From a virus (taxonomy: Duplodnaviria > Caudoviricetes): a stretch of 64,000 nt of DNA. Positions within the stretch are counted from its first letter, which is position 1. Each line of letters starts with the position of its first letter. This document shows, in pieces, positions 56,323 through 64,000 of the stretch. The translations under genes and the position numbers were made by a program. The DNA lies in IMG/VR virus record IMGVR_UViG_3300028833_000061, positions 64,001 to 128,000 of that record; one strand, given 5' to 3'. The notes below the pieces were generated by a model that ran no database searches, was not told the DNA's origin, and saw nothing but the letters and a program-made list of their open reading frames with translations.

Positions 56323-56334
56323 TATTTATAACGC
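56323..56334 (-). promoter_or_regulatory. GCGTTATAAATA promoter-like element
   Basis: Recurrent motif at the head of the 52.9-56.2 kb accessory block. Confidence 0.6.
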
Positions 56335-56356
56335 AATACCGCCGTGTTTTTAGACG

Positions 56357-56668
56357 TCAGAAAGAGACGGTTTCTATCTTTCTGGCTATCCTGTTAACCT
56401 TGTTGTACTTTATTGTATCGACACCAAAATACTTCTTCAGACGTTCCTTTCCGTCGTCTGTAAGCGTCGGAAGCATTCTCATGAAATCTGCGTTAACGGA
56501 GCTTATCATTCTTCGTGCCTGGCACGGTGCACAACCCTTTTTCGAGTTGGTCCGCATGGCATCCATCTTTACTTTAAGCGATGCAAACTCAGGTACCTTT
56601 TCGAAGAATGTAGCATCCGACAGCGCGTTCGAGATTTCGCTCGGACCGAATGTCATGATCTTAGCCAT
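56357..56668 (-). CDS. Hypothetical protein (CxxC)
   Basis: 103 aa, GCAPC, GAGGTG upstream. Confidence 0.7.
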   Translation of the reverse strand: MAKIMTFGPSEISNALSDATFFEKVPEFASLKVKMDAMRTNSKKGCAPCQARRMISSVNADFMRMLPTLTDDGKERLKKYFGVDTIKYNKVNRIARKIETVSF

Positions 56669-57056
56669 AGGTTTTCACCTCTTGTTCTGTGTATTGGTTT
56701 TCGTCATTAAGCATTCTAAGGTTGTCAAGCAGCCTGGCCACGTCTGAGTCTATTCTTGTTTCTATCTCGTCAAGCCAGTCTGCAGAGCGCGTCCACAGTG
56801 TTACGCTTTTTCTCCTGTAGTAAGGATTTTTACTGGACATGTCAGGCTCGTTCTCAGGAGTCTCCTCGATATCTGCCGGAGAGGCTACGTTCGAGAATGT
56901 GTCTACAACCTTACCAGACGGAAGTTCCGGTGTACCTGCACGGTACATGAAAATATACGGCGTAACTCCCTCGGCTTCAACTACCTCGGCCTTGAAGCCG
57001 TAGCTGAAATACTGGTCGCCGGTCGTGGTCTTTGTGTATTTTACCTTCAGTCTCAT
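56661..57056 (-). CDS. Hypothetical protein (putative structural)
   Basis: 131 aa; IFMY..FSNVASPAD..PYYR. Confidence 0.7.
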   Translation of the reverse strand: MRLKVKYTKTTTGDQYFSYGFKAEVVEAEGVTPYIFMYRAGTPELPSGKVVDTFSNVASPADIEETPENEPDMSSKNPYYRRKSVTLWTRSADWLDEIETRIDSDVARLLDNLRMLNDENQYTEQEVKTYG

Positions 57057-57085
57057 CTTTTGTCAGACTTTTTGCATGTATGTTA

Positions 57086-58897
57086 CTAAAAAGTGTAATC
57101 AAAGTAAAATCCTACATCACACATAGAATTATATGTTGCTGTCGCCGACGCGGTTGGAAGAGACCAGCTACCGCCATCACCGCAGCTTGTAAGCTTACTT
57201 CCATACGCTGTTCCTGATGCTTCACGATCGGTTATGCCCTGCAAGGTCCGCTTCAGAGACCCAGGAACTACAAGATTCGTAAGATTTACTTTTCGACACT
57301 TATTCTTTGCTACAGAGCCTATCGATCCGCTTTTGCTAGGAGCAAGGTCTACGAAGCACAGGGTCTCCGTATAGATAAAGTAACAGCTTTCCTCATCCTT
57401 CCAATCAACATCCTCGGTCTCCTCGTTACACCAGCTCGCGTCTTTAGTGTGTACCTCATTTATATCTACGTCTTTTTTCCAATAATGTTTTGAGCGGTCG
57501 TTTCCAAGTTTTGACATGTATCTGCCGTCATATTCACAATATGAATAATACCTCATACCTTCGTGCGTAGGCATCGACGGTCCTTTTGCCCTGACACCGG
57601 GTATTTTCGAGTCAACCTGTGTTTGTTTATTAACCTGCGCGAACCACGGGTGTTTCACCTGTGTTGGACAGCGTTCTGTCACTACGAATCCGAACGCGTT
57701 ATACCCGTGTATAGGCATCATACCCCAGCAATCTCTAAGAACATCTGCGCCGGTAGAAGCACCGAAAGGCCCCGAAGCATTGCAATTTTGCCGCTCTTGC
57801 TCTTCTTCGGTGATTGAAAACTTAAATTCAACAGGAGTCTGTTTCCATTTATATTCTTTTTGCTTACACGAAAGAAACCCATGGCCCGTAGGATCCACGA
57901 CCCATGTGACAATATAATTAAACGTAGCAGAACATTCTCCAGGGTTCAAAGAGAACTGGCACGATTGAGAAGCTCCGTAGGCGTAGCAGTCTCCAAATTC
58001 TCCAACACTATACTCCTCGACTATCGGAGAATTGTACAACTTGTAGCCATTACCATATCTGAAATTTTCTAGAGCGCCGTACCCAGGCACATAAGATGTA
58101 TCGTTAGTGCCTGTTCCAGCCTGATTAGGAGACTCGACTCCACCATAGCCAGGATCGTTCTTGTATATATGATGCTCACAATTATTTACAGTTGAACCTA
58201 CAAGATAGTAGTGCAACGTAGCATCAAACGGAGCCTGATTTTCAATAGAAATTTCTTTTTCAGGCATGTTTTCCAGGTCATACCCGTAATAATGCTCGGT
58301 CCTGTGAGAGTACCCTGTCTTATACTGTTTCGACGGGTAGTCAGGGGCAGCCTTCTCCCTCTCTCCGTACTCTATGCTTGTAATCCTGTTTGTAATTACG
58401 GAAAAATCATATGGTTCGCAGTGATAGCCGTAGTGATCCGGCACCCGCCTGCAGTATGTTGCTCCGCCAGCAGGTACAATATGCAATTCGTCCATTAGCG
58501 CCTCTGCGTCTGATACAAACTGCTCTACGCGTGATATTACTTTGGGATCGAACATGTTCTCTGCGGTTCCAGGGAGATGCATACCCACGTTCCTGTGCCT
58601 GGCCGTTACGCGTCCTGGCGTGTAATATACCGGGAAGTTTGTAAAATGCGCGGCCGCGTAGTCCACGTTTGGATCGACATACTGCTCTGCTACCGCAAAA
58701 ACAGCATCTTGAAGACACTCGAGTATACCAGGAGTGAACGGCAACCTCTTGTATATCTGGCTGCACATCGGCACACGCATGCCGACAGCCGCGGCACGTT
58801 TGGACAGCTTGTCCAGAAGCGATTTGAACGATTCCGAGCTGGCGACTGTGTACGGGCTGTCTGGTATGTCGATCGTGGGCATGCTGCCTACCTCCAA
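57086..58897 (-). CDS. Putative tail/baseplate-region protein
   Basis: 603 aa, rich in G/Y/C, within a contiguous late-like operon. Confidence 0.55.
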   Translation of the reverse strand: MEVGSMPTIDIPDSPYTVASSESFKSLLDKLSKRAAAVGMRVPMCSQIYKRLPFTPGILECLQDAVFAVAEQYVDPNVDYAAAHFTNFPVYYTPGRVTARHRNVGMHLPGTAENMFDPKVISRVEQFVSDAEALMDELHIVPAGGATYCRRVPDHYGYHCEPYDFSVITNRITSIEYGEREKAAPDYPSKQYKTGYSHRTEHYYGYDLENMPEKEISIENQAPFDATLHYYLVGSTVNNCEHHIYKNDPGYGGVESPNQAGTGTNDTSYVPGYGALENFRYGNGYKLYNSPIVEEYSVGEFGDCYAYGASQSCQFSLNPGECSATFNYIVTWVVDPTGHGFLSCKQKEYKWKQTPVEFKFSITEEEQERQNCNASGPFGASTGADVLRDCWGMMPIHGYNAFGFVVTERCPTQVKHPWFAQVNKQTQVDSKIPGVRAKGPSMPTHEGMRYYSYCEYDGRYMSKLGNDRSKHYWKKDVDINEVHTKDASWCNEETEDVDWKDEESCYFIYTETLCFVDLAPSKSGSIGSVAKNKCRKVNLTNLVVPGSLKRTLQGITDREASGTAYGSKLTSCGDGGSWSLPTASATATYNSMCDVGFYFDYTF

Positions 58898-60216
58898 GCC
58901 ATAGAGAACGCGGCGGATAGCTTTTCTCCGTTGTTCGGGTTGTAGAAAGAAAAGCCAACCTGTTTTATTCCTGAGACATCAAAGTCCTTCATGTGCGTAA
59001 AATTCCTATCCCGTGTAACCCCACGATACACCCGCCCATCCTTGTTTTCCTTCATCATCTTTCTGCTCGAATCTAATTTGTATATACGTGCGCCGGAATT
59101 CATACCAAAAAGAGCGTATGCCGGTTTTCCTCCTTCTACTACGACATGAAATTTCCTTGTGCCGCCAAGCGTTATCTGCCCGACAGATATGTAATGTGAC
59201 TTGTTACCTTCTTCGATGAATTCGCTTGTTACGTCATACCCGTCTACATTCTTTGTAAGCTTCGCTCTGACGTACTTTTTCCTGGACGTACCTTCTGTCT
59301 TGCCTGTAGGAAGGTCAAGCTCGACATACTCCATTCTCTCATAAAACTTTCCAGATAAAATCTTCGAACCGGATGCCGCTTCATCCTTAGAAATCGTGGT
59401 ACTGTCAAACACAAATCTGCAGAACTCACCAAACTCCAGCCCGTATGGCGCATAATAGTCATTTTTTTTAACAAGTCTATATCCGTTTGTCTCATCTACG
59501 GCAAATTCTACGCTAAATCCGCCGTCACCGTACCTGCCGTGGCTGATCGTACCTACTTTCATCTTAGACAGGTTATACCCGTACAGTTTCGTAAGATTCC
59601 ACATTGGATCGCTTAAGCCACTCTTGTACTCAGGAAACTGAAACACAGGACACCCAAGCAGTAGTTTCTGCGGCTTACCGTAGCCGGTGTCAAACGCTTT
59701 CGAATACAGGCCGGCATACGGTACAAGCGTGCCAGAACAAAAGTCTACTCCACCCGTCGCACCAGATCCTACATACCGATACCCGACACCAGCTCCCTTC
59801 AGTGTAACAGCGTCACCAGATACTATGTCGTTGTATGTAACGATGCTGCCAGCTCCTGGAAGCCCGCTTCCCCTGTAGAATCCACAAGGCGAGTTATCGT
59901 CAGGGCACCTGGAATAGAACGGCTCGGTTCCTTTTGCAGTAACTATGTTGTCATACGAATCAGAATATGATTTGTACAACACACCAGAACCAGAGAAAAA
60001 AGGATATCCGTTGTATACAGACCCAGAACTGACCTCGAGGTTTCCAGACATCTTACCACCGAGCTCTATATGAGGCTTGTAGTACAGGCTACAACCAGAT
60101 GATCCTCCTCTCCCGACTTGTATAAGCGTGTATCCATCTCCGAAATCAAAGTATCCGCCTCGGTACACCGACGCAGTGTCGGGCCTGAATATCGCTCCGT
60201 TGCGTATAGTAAGCAT
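58888..60216 (-). CDS. Putative tail-region protein
   Basis: 442 aa, G/Y/S-rich. Confidence 0.55.
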   Translation of the reverse strand: MLTIRNGAIFRPDTASVYRGGYFDFGDGYTLIQVGRGGSSGCSLYYKPHIELGGKMSGNLEVSSGSVYNGYPFFSGSGVLYKSYSDSYDNIVTAKGTEPFYSRCPDDNSPCGFYRGSGLPGAGSIVTYNDIVSGDAVTLKGAGVGYRYVGSGATGGVDFCSGTLVPYAGLYSKAFDTGYGKPQKLLLGCPVFQFPEYKSGLSDPMWNLTKLYGYNLSKMKVGTISHGRYGDGGFSVEFAVDETNGYRLVKKNDYYAPYGLEFGEFCRFVFDSTTISKDEAASGSKILSGKFYERMEYVELDLPTGKTEGTSRKKYVRAKLTKNVDGYDVTSEFIEEGNKSHYISVGQITLGGTRKFHVVVEGGKPAYALFGMNSGARIYKLDSSRKMMKENKDGRVYRGVTRDRNFTHMKDFDVSGIKQVGFSFYNPNNGEKLSAAFSMAWR

Positions 60217-60230
60217 GTGTGGCTGCCTCT

Positions 60231-60749
60231 CTAGCTTATAGCAAACACATTGTCTGACGACAGCGTTATGACCATATACATGCTGCCTGCAGTCCTATCT
60301 CCCTGGCCTATCGGAGTAGCCCCGGTGTTTTCACCTGTAAATGCATCCAATATCGCCCCTCCCTCGCTAGATACAACTCCAAGAGTAACACTGCTTTTCG
60401 GTGCAGGAAGATCCAGCATTATGTCTACAGAATCAAGCGTGCACGTATCATCTTTTCTTCCCAATGTAACGCGTGACTCGTTGGCAGCTGTCTCTCCTGA
60501 AAACCGCACATCGAACTTCGTGTCTTTTTCAAGCGCACAATCAAATTTAGGAAGTTCTACAGGAAACGGTTCCACAACAGGCAGAAGATTGTCGAATATA
60601 GGCGCCTTTCTAGAAGCAGACGCCAGCATCCCATGTATCCTGGCCGGATCTAGGTCACTGCAAGGAGACATGTCCGGGAATGTCGGTATCGTATACCCCG
60701 GGCATCCGTCATGCGCAGCAAACGCTGTTCTTGTACAGTCCAGTGCCAT
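60231..60749 (-). CDS. Hypothetical protein (putative structural)
   Basis: 172 aa, coupled to the upstream TGA. Confidence 0.6.
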   Translation of the reverse strand: MALDCTRTAFAAHDGCPGYTIPTFPDMSPCSDLDPARIHGMLASASRKAPIFDNLLPVVEPFPVELPKFDCALEKDTKFDVRFSGETAANESRVTLGRKDDTCTLDSVDIMLDLPAPKSSVTLGVVSSEGGAILDAFTGENTGATPIGQGDRTAGSMYMVITLSSDNVFAIS

Positions 60750-61489
60750 CACAGTGCCCCAGTCAGGTTTCCGGCCGCCTTCACATACACAGCAGGAACT
60801 TTCTTGCCGTCTATGCTGACAGCCTTTCCAGAGTCGACGACAACGCCTGTGCCGCCCACTATATTTATGTTTCCTTCTGCATCTGCTCTCTGGCCGTTGA
60901 TAAACAGAAGAGCATTGGAACAGTTAAAGGTATTACGTCCGCCGCAGTACTGGCCAAGGCCGTATCCGTTGCCTATGCGAACGAATAACTTGTTATTGTG
61001 TATTCTGGCCGTTGTGTTGTAGCCGTCCTTTATCTTTATTGTTCCCGTCAGTCCGGCTATAGACATAACCTTCATGTTTCTGTTTGTCTCTATCAGCCTG
61101 GACTCAAGGACCGGGATGGATACATCGTGGACACCTTCCGAAAGATCCAACGTGTATTCGTTTTCTCCGCCGTATGTCGCGAATTTTATCTTTATCCCGT
61201 CGTCGATGTCTATTGTTCCTACGGAAATACCAGATCCTAATTGTATCGGCACCTCGAACACGAAAGTAGCCTCGCTCGTAGAATACTCGAAGACAAGACT
61301 TACCGAGGATCTATCGACGTTTACAGACTCGCATACAAGGGTAGATTCACCTGCAGTTCCGCTGAAATCTGCGTTTACAAGCAGCATATCCAGCAAAAGC
61401 CAGTTAGGTATCCCGTCTGGAACTGTATCCTCCTTGAACGGATATGCCCTGTGCTTGTTTGAAGAAAGCCACTCCTGAATTTTTCTCAT
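60749..61489 (-). CDS. Putative structural protein
   Basis: EWLSSNKHRAYPF N-terminus; GYN..G.GLG..C; INGQRADAEGNI fibre-like repeat. Confidence 0.6.
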   Translation of the reverse strand: MRKIQEWLSSNKHRAYPFKEDTVPDGIPNWLLLDMLLVNADFSGTAGESTLVCESVNVDRSSVSLVFEYSTSEATFVFEVPIQLGSGISVGTIDIDDGIKIKFATYGGENEYTLDLSEGVHDVSIPVLESRLIETNRNMKVMSIAGLTGTIKIKDGYNTTARIHNNKLFVRIGNGYGLGQYCGGRNTFNCSNALLFINGQRADAEGNINIVGGTGVVVDSGKAVSIDGKKVPAVYVKAAGNLTGAL

Positions 61490-61491
61490 GG

Positions 61492-64000
61492 CTATACTCC
61501 CGGAACACTTATTTCAACCCCAGTATTCTTGAGATTCGTCTTAACTAGATTTCCTATCTCTTCGCCTACCTCATGGTAGTCAGTGGGGTCGGATATGTCA
61601 ACGGACGCTGGCGCTATAACTCCAGTTACAGGAGCGACATGAATAGGGTTGTTGTACGACACATCGTCAGCAACAAAATCTGTGACATTGAACGACAGCA
61701 TATTTCTTCTATCAGCGGTCATTCTATACTTCAGAACTACGTCGTCTCTGAGTATGTCGACTTCTTCAGGCTCATCAGGTTCTTCTGGTTCGTCCGGCTC
61801 GTCTGGCTCTGTGTAATCATATTCGTCAGGTTCTTCGTCGTCTTTATACCACGGAAGATCTTTCCAGTCCGGTATGACTATATCCAAGTCGGCATACCTC
61901 ATCGGACCGACGAGCGTGCTTCCATAAAAACATTTATCGGCTTTCTTGTCCCGGTATACCGGAGAATCCACAGGCTGGACAATCTCCTGTGAATCGGCGT
62001 CAACTCTGTTATTGTAGTAGAAGCATGTCCTGTCGAGGGCATCAAGCGTTTTCTCGTCGAAAACGTCATCCATGTACTTGAACGTAGGATCGTATTCTGG
62101 CGTGTAGTCCTTGTACAGATAATCCTCCGGGAACGAACCCCACCACAGGTGATCGGCCATACAGGGATATCCACCACCAAGACTTGCGTCTCCTGTATAC
62201 AAGATATGGCTCAGTGCGCAAGACCAATCGTCGTGATAAGTTTCAGGCCTATTCCAATACGGAGCATGCCTACTGTCTTCAAGAACAGCATATTTTTCAG
62301 ATTTAGTATAATCCCTGTAATCCTTGGCCCAAAAGTCTCCAGTAAACACAGTAATTCCTCTTCCTGGAGGTAGTAGGAATAGCCGCAGCTGATTCCCGTT
62401 CTTGCTGTGTCTTTTCCACCACACAAGACGACTTATCCCTGTTCGCGAGTATGTATACTCTTTCCCGTCTCCTCCTGTAAATGTAAGAGGCATGTTACCG
62501 CCAGAGAAATAATTTCCTCCAGGGACCTTGTCGTTGCCCTCGAACCATCCAACAAGCCATCTTGCCTCGTCGCATACGTTTTCTGAAATCTCCCAGTTCT
62601 TGCATCCGAAGTGCTCGAAAAACGATTTTGCCGGTACGATGTAGACTAGCTTCGCCTTGTTCAGCAATCCGTCTGTGGCAAGACGCTGCTTTATCAGCTC
62701 GGTCATTCTCCACGATATTTTCTCGTCGAATTCCTCTTGGCTGACACCCCAGTCTTCGGCTGTTCCAGGCGGTATAGGTGTGTTTCTTTCCTGTGCTTCA
62801 AAATAATCATATGGTATGTCTCCAGACAGCCACCCGTGCTTTGCACATATATCTACTATCTCCTTCCTTCCTAGAAAGCCAAGGCCTCCGTTTCCACGCA
62901 TTACAAAATACTCGTAGAATTCACGGTATTTGCTTGGCTTCAAGCACAGCAGCATATTACCGCTCATACCTAGTCCGTCATTATATGTTCTCACGTATCC
63001 AGCGCCAGTATTTACTCTTCCGTCGCCTGCCATCTGCGCGATCGTGTAGTCATCTGCGATCTTGTCACCAAAAAGGCGTATAGTGCTGTATGTGTCTTTG
63101 AAGAACACGTCTACACATACCCATCCGTTCAATGGGAAGGAAAACTTGAACCAGATTTCTCGCTCTATATTCATAACCGTCATAGTGCTCTGGCCACCTC
63201 CAAGTCTACTCGAGCCATTCCATGAGTAGGAGACTACAGTATATGGCGGAGGTATAAGCTTGCTGTCCCAGGCAGCCTTGTCTGATACGCACTTCTTGCG
63301 TATCTCCCTTCCAGTAGAACCTGCAACAATACGTTCCACGTCGTTTACTACCGGGACTCCTGTTGGAACGGGAACAACGCCTGGGACAACCCCACAGTTA
63401 ACTTTCGAATTCTTTTCCTTGTAGTCCTTTATTGCTGCACTATCGTCGCTTCTTGCACAGATGTCCTCTCGGTCTATAAGACTGTACTGATCCATGAACC
63501 CCGTACTCGTTAGATACAAGTACGGTTCTCCGTCCTTATCCATTATGTTGAACAAGGATCCAGGCTTCCTTACGACATACAGCGTGTTGACTCCTGTACC
63601 TCCAAGTCCCTTATTTGCAGGAACAACGTCGAACCTTATGGAGTTCTCATCCTTGTCAACGACAGGTTTTATAACGGCAGTGCTACCGCTGGATATGAAT
63701 TCTATTCTTCCTCTGGTATCTACTCCTGAAAATACAGCTGACGACACTCCGTCTCCAGGAAGCTCGAACTGGCACGTCTCTGCAAACCTCACATTTTCAT
63801 ATGTCCTCGAGGATTTCCCTGAAAAGAGTTCTTTTGCTCCGTTTCCTAGGACGAGAGTACCCCTGTGAAATCCGTTTGTATCGAAGAGTTCTGATGTACG
63901 CGAATCGGCAGAGAATGTACCGCGCATGCCCGAAACGACGATTGTCGCTGTATTTCTGTCATCAGAAAGCACTATACTTTCAAGATTGCACAGGCCGCTA
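61492..64000 (-). CDS. Large putative structural protein, start outside the window
   Basis: Reading frame stays open from 63972 to the window end; acidic EPD repeats near the C-terminus. Confidence 0.7.
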   Translation of the reverse strand, partial: SGLCNLESIVLSDDRNTATIVVSGMRGTFSADSRTSELFDTNGFHRGTLVLGNGAKELFSGKSSRTYENVRFAETCQFELPGDGVSSAVFSGVDTRGRIEFISSGSTAVIKPVVDKDENSIRFDVVPANKGLGGTGVNTLYVVRKPGSLFNIMDKDGEPYLYLTSTGFMDQYSLIDREDICARSDDSAAIKDYKEKNSKVNCGVVPGVVPVPTGVPVVNDVERIVAGSTGREIRKKCVSDKAAWDSKLIPPPYTVVSYSWNGSSRLGGGQSTMTVMNIEREIWFKFSFPLNGWVCVDVFFKDTYSTIRLFGDKIADDYTIAQMAGDGRVNTGAGYVRTYNDGLGMSGNMLLCLKPSKYREFYEYFVMRGNGGLGFLGRKEIVDICAKHGWLSGDIPYDYFEAQERNTPIPPGTAEDWGVSQEEFDEKISWRMTELIKQRLATDGLLNKAKLVYIVPAKSFFEHFGCKNWEISENVCDEARWLVGWFEGNDKVPGGNYFSGGNMPLTFTGGDGKEYTYSRTGISRLVWWKRHSKNGNQLRLFLLPPGRGITVFTGDFWAKDYRDYTKSEKYAVLEDSRHAPYWNRPETYHDDWSCALSHILYTGDASLGGGYPCMADHLWWGSFPEDYLYKDYTPEYDPTFKYMDDVFDEKTLDALDRTCFYYNNRVDADSQEIVQPVDSPVYRDKKADKCFYGSTLVGPMRYADLDIVIPDWKDLPWYKDDEEPDEYDYTEPDEPDEPEEPDEPEEVDILRDDVVLKYRMTADRRNMLSFNVTDFVADDVSYNNPIHVAPVTGVIAPASVDISDPTDYHEVGEEIGNLVKTNLKNTGVEISVPGV
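61762..61842 (-). repeat. Coding EPD/EPE tandem repeat
   Basis: DDEEPDEYDYTEPDEPDEPEEPDEPEE. Confidence 0.7.

Noticed and set aside
32260-56340. tRNA genes in the intergenic gaps
   Set aside because: No gap shows a T-arm GTTCRA motif within a cloverleaf and acceptor stem.
1-64000. Stop-codon reassignment
   Set aside because: Conserved genes are full length in the standard code, and TAA, TAG and TGA all end tightly packed genes.

Overview
This 64 kb window is a densely coding segment of a large (probably jumbo-class) tailed dsDNA phage genome in the standard genetic code, with genes almost all on the minus strand. Bases 1-31.4 kb hold a DNA replication/recombination module: GP88-like Fe-S protein, SbcD/Mre11, RecA-like recombinase, gp32-like SSB, AT-hook-like basic protein, UDG-fused family A DNA polymerase, primase, DnaB helicase, SF2 helicase and SbcC/Rad50. 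Embedded in it at 16-22 kb are five divergent paralogues sharing an N-terminal R-x-(G/N)-V-F-E-T-N-S-S-S-(T/M)-H motif, together with a radical SAM enzyme and a ThyX-like gene. The rest of the window carries a plus-strand GpA-type terminase large subunit, small accessory genes, K-x-A-motif-rich putative head proteins, a signal-peptide-bearing fibre-like protein, DUF192, a holin-like gene, a plus-strand CHC2-finger protein with a GT2-GT2-GT11 glycosyltransferase, a subtilisin, a stand-alone sigma70 region 4 protein and putative tail/baseplate genes running off the right end. The few intergenic gaps are highly organised: two promoter classes, several promoter-to-terminator structured RNA candidates, AACC-rich translation leaders, and a GGUU-repeat sRNA candidate complementary to those leaders. 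No tRNA, rRNA, CRISPR array or mobile element was seen. All assignments come from motifs read by eye; no searches were run.
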